Assembly: GCA_002633005.1 (NCBI GenBank)
Contig: NMRA01000299.1
Location: forward strand, 479,108-543,107
Source: Phoronis australis
Taxonomy: Eukaryota > Animalia > Phoronida
Length of the DNA: 64,000 bases
Direction of reading: 5' to 3'
In this document: positions 13,901-25,900 of the stretch, one piece after another
How positions within the stretch are numbered: the stretch's first letter is position 1
Layout of the letters: each line of letters starts with the position of its first letter
The notes under the pieces: generated by a model
Told to the model about the DNA's origin: nothing
Database searches by the model: none
Seen by the model: the letters and a program-made list of their open reading frames with translations, nothing else
Translations under genes and position numbers: made by a program

Positions 13901-16900
13901 GCTGCAGATACCAGACGACCAGACAGACAGAAATGACGGCAATAAGCACCCAAATATAAATATGTGGGCACATACAAATGATCCAGTACTTCCGGGCATG
14001 ACAGCCGAGTGGAAGCTGAATTCATTGCCAAAGTAGCCATCCCTCAGGACCGATAATAAAACGAAATTACCAGGAAAATTAGTAAGGTGGCTAAGAAATT
14101 GTGTAACTATAAGTTTGCCATCAAAATGGTAGTTACCAGTCATCTTGGCTTTTAACAGAATTAGCCATCATGATAGATAAACAGAATTTTCCTCTGATTA
14201 CTTCTGTCATGTACTGTAAGTGCCCATGTTTATGTGTGTGTGCGAATGTCCATTACGGGCAGCAATTCCATGCATGTGTGATCAATGAAATGGCTTGTGA
14301 AAGGCCACTGGATGATTCTGAAGGATTTTCAACAGAATAAGCAGTGTTCTCCACGACTGCTTTTAACGTGTCGCAGCGTCCTGTTTTGCTGAACCTGTGT
14401 CCTGTTCAAAAATTTCGCGACCGGTTTAAAAATTTGTCTACCCCTTTAAAAAATAGGAACCAGTTTGTAAAAAAAGCGTCGTCATCGTTAATGTCTTCAC
14501 TGGTTCAAATTACGCTAGACGGCAACTTGCCATAGCCCTTTGAAACTGAATAAAGGCTCCGTGGTCAGTTGCCAAAAGCCTTACCACCGATCTCAATGAG
14601 GCCACAGACTGGGCAGCTAGTCTATTTATGGTGTAACGTTGCATGTAAATAATCTCTCAATCATCTATTCAATTCCTCTTGGATAGCTACATGTAGTCAT
14701 AGTCATTTGAATTTAAACAAAGGCCCAGTGCCACCTATAAGCTTAATCCACTACCCACTCAATGCCATGGAGGTGCAGTCTGGCACAAAAGTCGCTAATC
14801 CTTAGGTTAGGCCTAATCGCTTTTGAAGTCACCTTTTGTGTTTGGCGGACAACTGACCACATAACCCATTCAAAATAATTTAGACTCAGTGGTTAGTTCT
14901 GCGAAGTCTAATTAGTCAGCAGAAACACTATTGCGCAGGAGTTTTTACAATGACCGTCTTTTGGGTGACCAGAATTTTATTTGTGTAGCGCATTTTTCAA
15001 TATTCCATGAGCCCCATGACACTGGTCTGACTTGCCGGCACCAGTCTCAACAAAACTTTGCATGCAAATGCTTTTGATGACTGTCATTGGTTGTTGTTTG
15101 GGTATCTCTCACTTAGATGAATATTATTGGTTACTTTTGGTGCAACAGGCCCATCGAGATTGACGGAATTCATCTCATTGCCTTATAAGAAGTTTCGTTG
15201 GCAGCATACGCATTATACCAGTGGCACATACTTCCTCTGAAAATCTGGCGAACAGTTCGCAACAACTTCGATCGCGAGCGTCCGCGACGTTAGCGGTTTT
15301 GGGGGGAGTAATCCGAGATTTGGGACAGCTAGCGACGTCACCGGGTAAAGTTCAAAATATACGTCTCGCCGTGAGAAATTGTAGCCAAAATCACGTGCTC
15401 TCATTGAAAATATATGGTAATATCTCGCGTAATCTCGCAGTCTTGTTTTCGTTGCATGGACCCTACGTTATTGAACTCTATCCTGGCTTCCATTACCGAT
15501 TGACATGCGCATTCTACATACTTAGTAATGTCATCTGCCGCGGGAAGGCGTAGAAGGATCGCTAAGGATTATTTTGAAAACCAAGAGACATTTCGGATAC
15601 TGACGTTGACTCAGATGCAGATACGACAGATAATCCAGATTCGCATGGTGGTGATACTGCCGGGCTCAGTCAACGAATCGCAAATTTTCGTCTTATGAAC
15701 ACTGGACCGAATTTTTGCTGACAACATCCCACATCGGCATTCTTACAATTCTCTCCAACTTGAGTTGAAAATAGAAGGTTCTCAGCTGGAATAATGTGTT
15801 TGAGACAATCCTGAAAATTATGTTAATTCCACACTTGCAAGCTTTTGACAATCCAGTCGACATCTTTCTAGAAATATTGGTTTTCGTCAACAGACCTAAC
15901 ACTCCTGTCCAAGAAAATGGAATACGCTCGTGGATCGTTTTGTTTACTCTACCTAATTTGTATTCATTGGAGGGATATTGTGTAATTTTTACAAGAATTC
16001 TGGTAGTGCAGATGTTTAAGGTTGTAACAACTTCAGAACATCGTATTCAGACAAAAATGCGGGCTGGGGTATTGACTATAAAAATGCTGAGCACGACATT
16101 AGGCTGACAGAAAACGTAGACCTGGCTGCCAAGACATAAAATTGCGACTGGCTTTACAAAGTAACTTCACTTGGCTTGTCTACTAAGTGGGAAAAGTTTA
16201 CTTTATCTTAGACTTTCTGGACTTCGTTGACGTTGACATCACAAGTATGGAGTAAAATATTTCCTCATTCTGTTTCAAACACGTCTGTAGACTTCCATTT
16301 CAAAGTTGTCGACTAAACAAATGGGTTATGTGATGTGTCCACCTTTTAAAAATAAAAAAGTTGAGCAAACATTTATTTGTTTGCAATACTGTGCATTACT
16401 GTTGAAGTGCGTGGGTAAAAATAAGATGCACACTAGCCTGTGGAGAACGTTGACCACCGTGCGATTAGGGCATGTTTGTTGCAGTTTTTACGCGTGCGAC
16501 TTGTGAACATTGATAAGGTTTTGGCACCCCGGATGTTGTGGTCCTCAGCAGAACACAAAGTTTTACATTGCTGTCATGGACTGATCCAGAAGCAAATGAA
16601 CGTGCTTTGTGAAATCAAATATTTCTCCGAGCAGAAATTTGAGCTCATTTCAGGTGCAGGTTAGGTAAAGACAAGAAGACAACATAGTGCATTTCTATGT
16701 TACATTATTTCTAGGCTGCTAGTCTCATAATTCTGAGGATGGGGAAGTAGTACTGAAATTATAACTTAGATCTTGTTTCAGTGCAAATCAATGTTTCTGA
16801 TCTTTGAAAAACATTCGTTAAGCCACACAACTTTTTTGACTTAGTGATTAATTACTTTAATTACAATCTCCACATGACCGAAAACAGTTGCTTACCAATC

Positions 16901-19900
16901 ATCTTGAGTTTGTACTGAATGTAGGGCAACGCGCGAGACACAGCAGCATAGGCCAACAGACCACCAGAGGGCAACATGGCAGCAATCTCCATAGGCACCT
17001 CAGTAGGAACGCGGATCAGATTGTTGATGTCATCCACCGCCATATAGTTGGCATATCTAGATGAAGCAGTATTAAAACAATAACTGCTGAGATAAGTTAT
17101 GGGCCACAGAGCATGCAGTACTGTAACAGTCACTTTCGTGGGTAATGCATAGTGAGAACCAGTTTTCTTCACTGAATAATGGGCATCAAATTGGTTCTCA
17201 AAATCCAGGACCCTGCCTTATAATAGCGAACCCTTTAATTGGACAAATTTTGTCAAAAAATTGTAAAATTGACTACCCATTCTACAGAACGCCACCCAGG
17301 AAAGGAAACTCAGTGAAACCCAATAACTGTAAAACCATGATGCGCAGTCCCTCCTCTACTTCCGCTTAACAGCAGTCAACTGAACACCAAAATTGGGGTA
17401 TTAACAGAAAAGGGTCCAACGATGAAAATATTAATACACATGCACATGAATAATCATGGTCCAATGTTGCTTACGTTTTGTTGGACGTCTGGTCATTGTA
17501 GATGATACACTTATCCCCCATCTGCCAGTTACAGTTAGGTACAGACTGGCACACAGCCTCAACGATTCCCGAGATCTCATACCCTGCAACAAAGGAAACC
17601 ACTGAGTATGTAAACACATACCAACTTGACAATGTGCCAACAAACTTCATTCCAAAACAATAGGCCAAAATAAGAGATATTCTAATTTGGCAAGATATAA
17701 TTTAGCATGTTGATGTTAAAACTGAGTATAAAAGCTAGGCTCACAAGTACCGGATTCGCCGTAATTACCGTCCATGCCCCTATAAGCGCCCCCACGCGTT
17801 TTCAGACTTTCCTAAAATAAGCGCCCAGTCCATGAACACCTATGTGCGAAAAATGCCTTAGCTACAGTCCTAAAATTCTACAGTAACGTCTTCAATTTAT
17901 CAATATCCGACAGTCCTGACAAAAACCATTGTGCGCAGAATTTGTAGACGAAGCGAGGATCGGGGCCTTTGAGAACAGACGTAGTATACTTGTCTAAGGG
18001 ATTGCCTTGTAGATATTTCCCGTTTTTAACAGGAATCCAAATTTCTCTGTACACGTGAAAACCGCAAATCGAAGACTTATAAAAAGCTTGGCCAGTGTTA
18101 AAAGCACGTGGCCAGGAAGCACGCGCTATGTACATGAACCTGTCATCAAAGACATTAGTCGGGATCTATCCATTTATGAAACGGGTAGCATAGCATCGGC
18201 AAAAATGAATATTGGCACTAATTTCCGAAAGTTTCTAATACCATAAAAATGTTTGCGTTATTTTTAAGATGGAATGTTTTATTAACCATAATTGATGTTT
18301 TTAAGCCAAATATCCGATAAAATGACCACTGACACCCACCTATACACTGAAAAATAACTATCAGATAGTTACATACGCATCCAGCCACATGTCGATTAAT
18401 ATGGGCCTTACCGTGACAAATGTCGAATGTTTTTAGCACATGAGACCGGCAAGTGCTGAATGAAACACGCTCTGGTTTAGGGCTACTGCTTGTGCAAATT
18501 TCTTTAGATACAATGCATATCTAGCTCGTTAGATTGCGTGGCTCTGGCCAAAAGACGGTCTCTGCTCTGGCAAATGAACTCTGGTGACACGCACGCGCTC
18601 GCTTACTCACAAACGCAGACGAACTTCAAAACAAACTTCACGTGACAACAACATGTGTGTTCGTCCAGACATTTTTCTAGTGTTGCCGATCATACATGTA
18701 GATGGCACGATGTAGCACAGATTTGTACCTAAACCTGCCGTTAATCCCGACTCCACGGGATCTTAAAAATCAAAGGGACGCTACTTGGAAAACTTGAGGA
18801 TTTCAGGTAATTTGCTTGAATCGAAACTGTAATTTTATTCAAGCATTCAAGTCGCCATATCGACGATTGCGAGGCAGTCAGTCGGCGAGTTTTTACCCTG
18901 GGATTTCAAAACAATTTTCTGTAAAATGATCGTAATATAGCAGCAAAGTTTGATAGCAATGCACCACGGTTTTGTAGAAAGTCTTTCATAGATTACAGAT
19001 ATGTCACAGAGCATAAATATGATGAATCTTAGCTTCCGATTTCACCCGTTTTGGAGACCGGGTTTCAATCGCCTTTGGTTATAAGCGCCCCCCTTGAAAA
19101 GAACTTTTCTAAGCGCCCTGGGTGGTTACTATGGTAATGCATTTTAATGGTGAGTCTTGCTTTGCCTTGATTCTAAGATAATCCAATTTACACGCAAGTA
19201 AAACTTCCAGTTTTCCAAAAGTATTCTGTCTGTATTCTGAATTATGTTTGTTGTGGGTTTATTGGCTTTGTAATTGTCTGTTGGTTAATATATACATATA
19301 CATATACATATACATATATATATATATAGTGAACAGGAGTGTTTGTGGCAAATGTAAAATCCATGGCCTTTGAATCCCTCAATTTCAAGATTGAATGTCG
19401 GCATCATAAAAACGTTACAAAAATTTCAATATCAGGTCCTAAAATGACCCCTTGAAAGATACAAAAAGAGCAACACAGGTCATTGAAATACGCCCACAAC
19501 AATAATGCAAAGTGTGCTTCTATGTAAGAGCACAAAAATTCACCTCGAAGTTCGAATCAGTTTCAACTCCTGCAAACACTCATCATCAGATTTTGTAAAC
19601 TGCAGAAGTGCATACTCCACAGTTGTGCTGCCATTTTGATATGGAGAACAGGATATTGATTAGTTTGTTGCAAGTGCAGGGGCGATTGCATAGAATTGAA
19701 CTAAGTCATTCATGGGAGCTCTTGTTCACAATCTGGCACCCTTACGACTTAAGACTAGTCCAAAAAACAACAAAGAATAGTTGGTGGTCTACTCCAAGCA
19801 ATGCACCAAACAAATTCACGATGGGATTTTTACCCTCATTAAATTTTTTTTTGTATAAGAAACCACATTTCCCCTAAGATGAGTAAAGACCCAGGATTCA

Positions 19901-22900
19901 GACAATAATACAGACAATACATTATTTAAATTTTCAAACAAGAGCAACACGGAGCATTGAAATGCGCCCACGAATGCATTGCAAATGGTGTGCTTTTAGG
20001 GTTATTTATTTGTATCATAAAAATGGCCAGTAGATGGCGCAAAACATACAATCCATCCAAAAACAGGAACATGCCATATTTCATAAAAATCTGTCAAAGA
20101 ACTTCAGAGAAACAAAGGAAAACAGAATAAAATGAAATTGCCACCAGTGGGTACAGTCTCCGATGGATCCGCCTGAAAGTGTCGTCATCGTCGTCTGTTG
20201 TTATCTTCATATAAATACACTTACTAAATTTAGTAAAGACCCTACAGTGGGTTTTGGGGATACAACTATGAGCGCAAAAAAAACTACCACTAGGAGGTGT
20301 CACAGTAGTCAGTCACATCATCAAAGGTCGTCTTCACACCGAGAACATATATGCCAATTTTCAGGGGTGGATGCCAAAAAATAAGATTTGAAAACAGCAA
20401 AAATGGCCACTAGGTGGTGCAAAATACCACGATTCCATCCAAAAACAGGAAGAGAGCGTCATCACACCAATAGATACCTATACTTAAAATTTTATGGAAG
20501 TCTGTTGATGACCTTTGAAGATACTGAGTTAAACGTAAGAAACTAAAATTGCCACTAGGGGGCACAGCAGTAGTCAGATCTGTCCGAAAATCGTCGTCAT
20601 CCGTAGTCAACATCATATAAACACAATTGCTAAATTAAGATCCTGCAAACGGTTTAGGAGATACAGTCATAGGCGCAACAAAAACAAAACTAGGAGGCGC
20701 CACAGTAGTCGAAAACATCGGAAAATCATCTTTATAGTAAGCACATACACGCCAATTTTCACAATCACCCTTTGAGCGGTTTGGTTGATAGAGGGGTAGA
20801 CGCAAAAAACAGAATCGAAAACAGTAAAAATGGCCACTAAGTCGAATCCATCCGAAAATGGGAGGATAGCGTCATCTCACTAATAGGTGCCTACATATTA
20901 CATTTTTACAATATTTCACTTGTGTCTAGCAAAATACCTAATCTTCATTCTCGGGGAACTTCAAATACGAAATATATACTGCGTAGCGAGAAAAAAAGAT
21001 TTAGCAGAACCACCTTGGAACCGCAAAACCGCGTGGATATTTGTTTACCACTTATCCAAGGTCAAAGGTTAAAGGGCTTCAAGTAAATCGAGTCTCCCGC
21101 CAGGTACAGAACAGCTTCGGTATACCCTCAGTCCTTTCATTCACAAATTCGCCATAACACTGAACCAACGAGGTGTGGTTATGATAGAATGGTGCCGGGG
21201 AAAACGAAGACAAAACGTAGTTTTGATCCTAAGGGAGTTGTGCGTCTACATGCATACGACCGTTGACGTTGAAAATGAATGCTACGAGTTGCCCCAGGCC
21301 TCAGTCTGGTCATGAACACAGAAAGTTGTGAAGAGACAAAGCCTCCCTCTTATTCCTTAATTCAATTATTAAGTTAACATTTCGATGTTTCGATTTCATG
21401 TTAACGACTTACTTTAACCACCAATTCAATTTTTGTTATCCGTTTCTTACTTGGTTTGGTATCAGTCTCCCAGCACGTGACGTGTACAGGCTATGAACTG
21501 TGACCTACTTTCTAAGTAGGTCGTACAAAACGGCAGAAGTTGGCTGCGAAAGATAGGTCTATTTGAGGTTTTAATGATACTTAAGTTAGTTACGCACTGC
21601 AAAATTAGTTGACATTGCAAGAAAACATTGAAATAGGTGACATAGTTAAGGATTATATAGGTTATGTATACCGAAAACAAGTTTTCACAGAATAATTAAC
21701 CAAAGACTTAGAGTTTTTCACGTGTCCCAGTTTAATCGGCTTTTTCTTGGCTTCGGCAAATCGACTTTATTTGAACTTAGGAACATGAGTTCTCGAAAAT
21801 GGCTTGATGGATTTCGCTGAAACTTTCCAAACTTAATATCTAGTCACCAATCTCAAAAACGCTGTTAGGATTTTTGATATAAAAGCTTAGTTTTTGTGTA
21901 ATGTGGCAAAGACGAATACGACTTCAATTTTTTACAAAAATACCTTACGTTTTGCGAGTTTATTTGTCATAGAAACCAAACGAACAAACTAATCGAAAAT
22001 TCCTAACAGCGTTTTTGAGGTAATTGATGAAGTTTTCATTTAAAAAATGTTTCGTTAAAATCGACAGAGTGGTTATTTTGCTAAGAATGTACCTTTCTTA
22101 AAAATGAAATTTTTACTTAAAAAAGGTTTTTACGTAAAAATAATAATGACAAACAAATACAAAAAGTATATCTATATTTCCTGGTCTTTGTTCTTTCAAA
22201 AAATATATACTTTTACTGGTTGACAAAGCTTAGTTTTTTTAGAATAGAGGCCACTAAATAAGGTTTGAAATAACCTTAAGGACTTTTGAAGATACAAAGG
22301 TAAACGTAAAAAAATAAAATTGCCACTGGCAGGGCTTGGAATGACCAATGACAAAAAACGCGGAAACTTCTATGGCCCAAATCATGCCTGCTAACCAGCC
22401 TTGAAACGGTCGATGTGAACCTTTCCCCGACAAAAAAAAAAACAAAAAAAACGTTACCGCCATCAGTAGCATGCGTCTGCGTCCTTTTAGCTCGCTCGTC
22501 CACTCCCAACCCACACATTTTTGGTTGCAGAGCGGTAGTATTTGTTGCCGCGCTTAACAATAACACGAGACGCCATTGAAAATCCCACCACGCTGTCCCA
22601 GATGCCCCAGCAATGTTGACAATTTACGTTCCTCCGAAACATAAAGAGCAACTTCCGCTTTTCGAGGTGAACGTTGTCTGCAACGCCGCGGTAAGAAAGG
22701 AATTTGCCGCGGAAATTTTATATCAAATCCGATTTTTTACGCGGAAATATTATAAAAAAAGCGGACAGCACATTTGAAAAAAGCGGAAATCCGCGTTTCC
22801 GCGGAAAATTCCAAGCCCTGCACTAGGAAGCACACTGGTAGTTGGATCCGTCCGAAAGTTCGCTCATACCGTCCCATTTATGAATGGAACATATGTGCCA

Positions 22901-25900
22901 AATTTCATGAACGTATGTCAAAGGGTTTTGGAGATAAGGCAGCGAATGCCGGACGCCGCCCGGATGGAGGGATGGAGATGACGGCATAATGCGTCCACAT
23001 ATAAATATGTNGGGGGGGTCCCTCCCACCCGCTGAGGAAAGAATGTATATAAAAAGGTCATTTCCTTGCATTTTAGCACACAACCGTCCTCTTCACACTG
23101 AGAACATATATGCCAATTTTTAAAACCATCCTTAGAATGATTTGGTTGATAGATAGGTAGACGTCAAAAACAGCAAAAACGATTCCATCCAAAAACGGGA
23201 GGATAGCGTCATCTCATCAATAGATGTCCGTATTCAAAATTTTATGAAAATCTGTAGAGGACCTTCGAAGATACAGAGGTAAACATAAAACTAAACTTGC
23301 CACCAGGGGACATACCAGTAGTCAGATCCATCCCAAAATCAACGTCGTTTTTGTCAACATCATATAAACACAGTTCTTAAATTTAGTAAAGATCCTACAA
23401 ATGGTTTAGGAGATATAGCTATGGGCGCAAAAAACAAAATGCCACTGGAAGGCGCCACAGTAGTCGAAGTCACCGGAAAATCATCGTCAGCTGTCCACTT
23501 CATAGTAAAAACAAATGCTAATCTTCACAATTATCCTGAAAGCGATTTGGTTCATACAGGGGTGGACACCAAAAAAAAACGACTTGAAAACAGTAAAAAT
23601 GGCCACTAGGTGATGCAAACTAGGTCACATCCATCTGAAAATGGAAAGATAGTGTCACCTAACTAACAGAAGCTTGTATGCCAAATTTCATGAAAATACT
23701 TTGAGGACTTTCGAAGATACAGAGGAAAACGAAAAAAAATAAAATTGCCACTAGGTGGCACACCAGTAGTCAGATCTGTCTGAAAGTCGTCGTCGTCCAT
23801 TGTCACCATCATACAAATGCACTTTCTAAATTTAGAGGAGATGCTGCAAAACAGTTTAGGAGATAAAGCCATAGGCGCAAAAAAAAAAACTGCCTAGGAG
23901 GTGCCACAGTAGTTGAAGTCGTTGGATTATCATTGTCAACCGTCCTCTTCATACCAAGAACATACATACCAATTTTCACAGTCATGCTTAGAGCGGATTG
24001 GTTCATAGAAGGGTGGACGTCAAAAATCAGACTCGAAAATAGTAAAAATGGCCACTAGGTGGTGCAAACTACGTCGAATCCATCCGAAAACAGGAGGATG
24101 TCGTCGTTTCCCTAATAGATGCCTAAATACCAAATTTCATGAAAATACCTTGAGGACCTTTGAAAATACAGAGGTAAACGTAAAAAAACTAAAATTGCCA
24201 CTAGGGGGCACACCGGTTGTCGGATCCGTCCGAAAGTTCGCTCATGGCGTCCCATCCATGAAAGGAACACATGTGCAAAATTTCATACATCAATCAGTTT
24301 TGGAGATAGAGCAGCGGATGCCGGACACCGGACGGACACACATGACGGCATAATGTGATTAAAAATTAGAAGGTTCGTTTCATTCAGGATGTCATTGTCA
24401 CTAGACTGCAAAAATCAAGATCTGTAAATCTTTTTAGAAAGCTAATCTGAGCAGATTTGCATGTTACACAGATAATCCACAACATGAGTACAGGACTCAA
24501 TGTATCGTGAAGCTCACAAAAGAGAAGTGTACTGCCTTAATGCAGTTGAGTAACCATTTAAAATTATGAGATTAAGATAATGAAGTTGCATTCGAAAGGA
24601 CATGAAGAAATATACCCTAGAGTACATGTCAATGTTTCATTACATCGCACAGCACTGCAATTCACGAGTCTACACTGAACAAGACCATATCCTCAACAAA
24701 TTCACAACTAAGGCCCACCAGTGCTCAACATGGGCGAAAATCTCGGCTGGAAAATAGGAGTGACAGCATATGTGCACTCGCGCTTCTATACCCGGACTTG
24801 GCTTCATAAAAGATCGCGACCCAAAAAAACCTTGAAACTCCCTGTTTGAATTTGGCGCTCGTATTTTTCTGTTTTCTAATCGTTTTTTCAAGTGCTTTAC
24901 TCGAAAATTTCGAGTCGTTTGGCTACGAGCCAGTGGTCGCCGGGGACATCGTAGTTGTTACTGTTTTACGTAGTGCACTATAAGTGGACGCTTTGTTGAA
25001 TTGAAACTTACCAGGTCGAAAGTCAATCAAAGTCTTTCATACGCTACAAGAAATTTATTCTTAAAAAGAATCATTCCTTTCTCGCAGTTTTAAGAGTCAA
25101 ATCCCGGCCTGGTTCACGGTTGAAGTAACAGGTGCTGTGCACGGGACTGGCTGACCTACTTTTTCCATATACAAAAAGTTGAAGCATTTCGAAGCTTTTA
25201 CTTTCATGCTTAGTAAGTCATTGAATACGAAACCAACATTGCACACCTCATTTTTTCTCGTGAAGTTTGCACTGCATTCCCGTGCAATATTTCTTGACAC
25301 TAGCCATGTTGGGGATTCCGTCACCTTGACGTCACAAAACAGGAAGATATTCCCCAAAGGTGGCTGCCAGTATTTGCCGATCGTCCTTGTAACATTTGTA
25401 GTAAAAATAGATTGCAAAAGTTTCTAATGTTGATTATTTTTTAATATTTAGCGAACTTAAACAATGAATTGTAGGTTTCAATAAAATTTATAAATAATAA
25501 ATGTTAAAATTCTTTGTTTAGCCTTCATTTTCACCAAGGTTGTTTTGCAACAGGCCGTCTTTTTTCTGTCTTGGCCATGCCGTCCAAAGCCGTCACTTTT
25601 TTAGATGAGTCCCTGACGCAATGCGACTATGAACTTTGATGCCATCTCACAGGAAAAACTACATAATTAAAAAATCACAATAAAACAACTTTTTGAGATT
25701 TGCCAAGAAATCCACTCAAAAAGACTCCTTTTTTACCACACTGTGTTCTACTATCATAAGCACTGTTATGCACAACAAATGATTTGTAATCGGATAAAAA
25801 CTGTCGTACCAGCTGACTTGACTCTTCTGTTCTTCTTCCCAGGGTTCTCGTTGTAACACGCTCCCGCATAGACAACCTGCAGCAATGAGTTATGTGTTAT

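Noticed and set aside
14913-16110. Possible old TIR element with GTCAGC...GCTGAC ends
   Set aside because: Terminal similarity is weak and no recognisable coding remnant is present.
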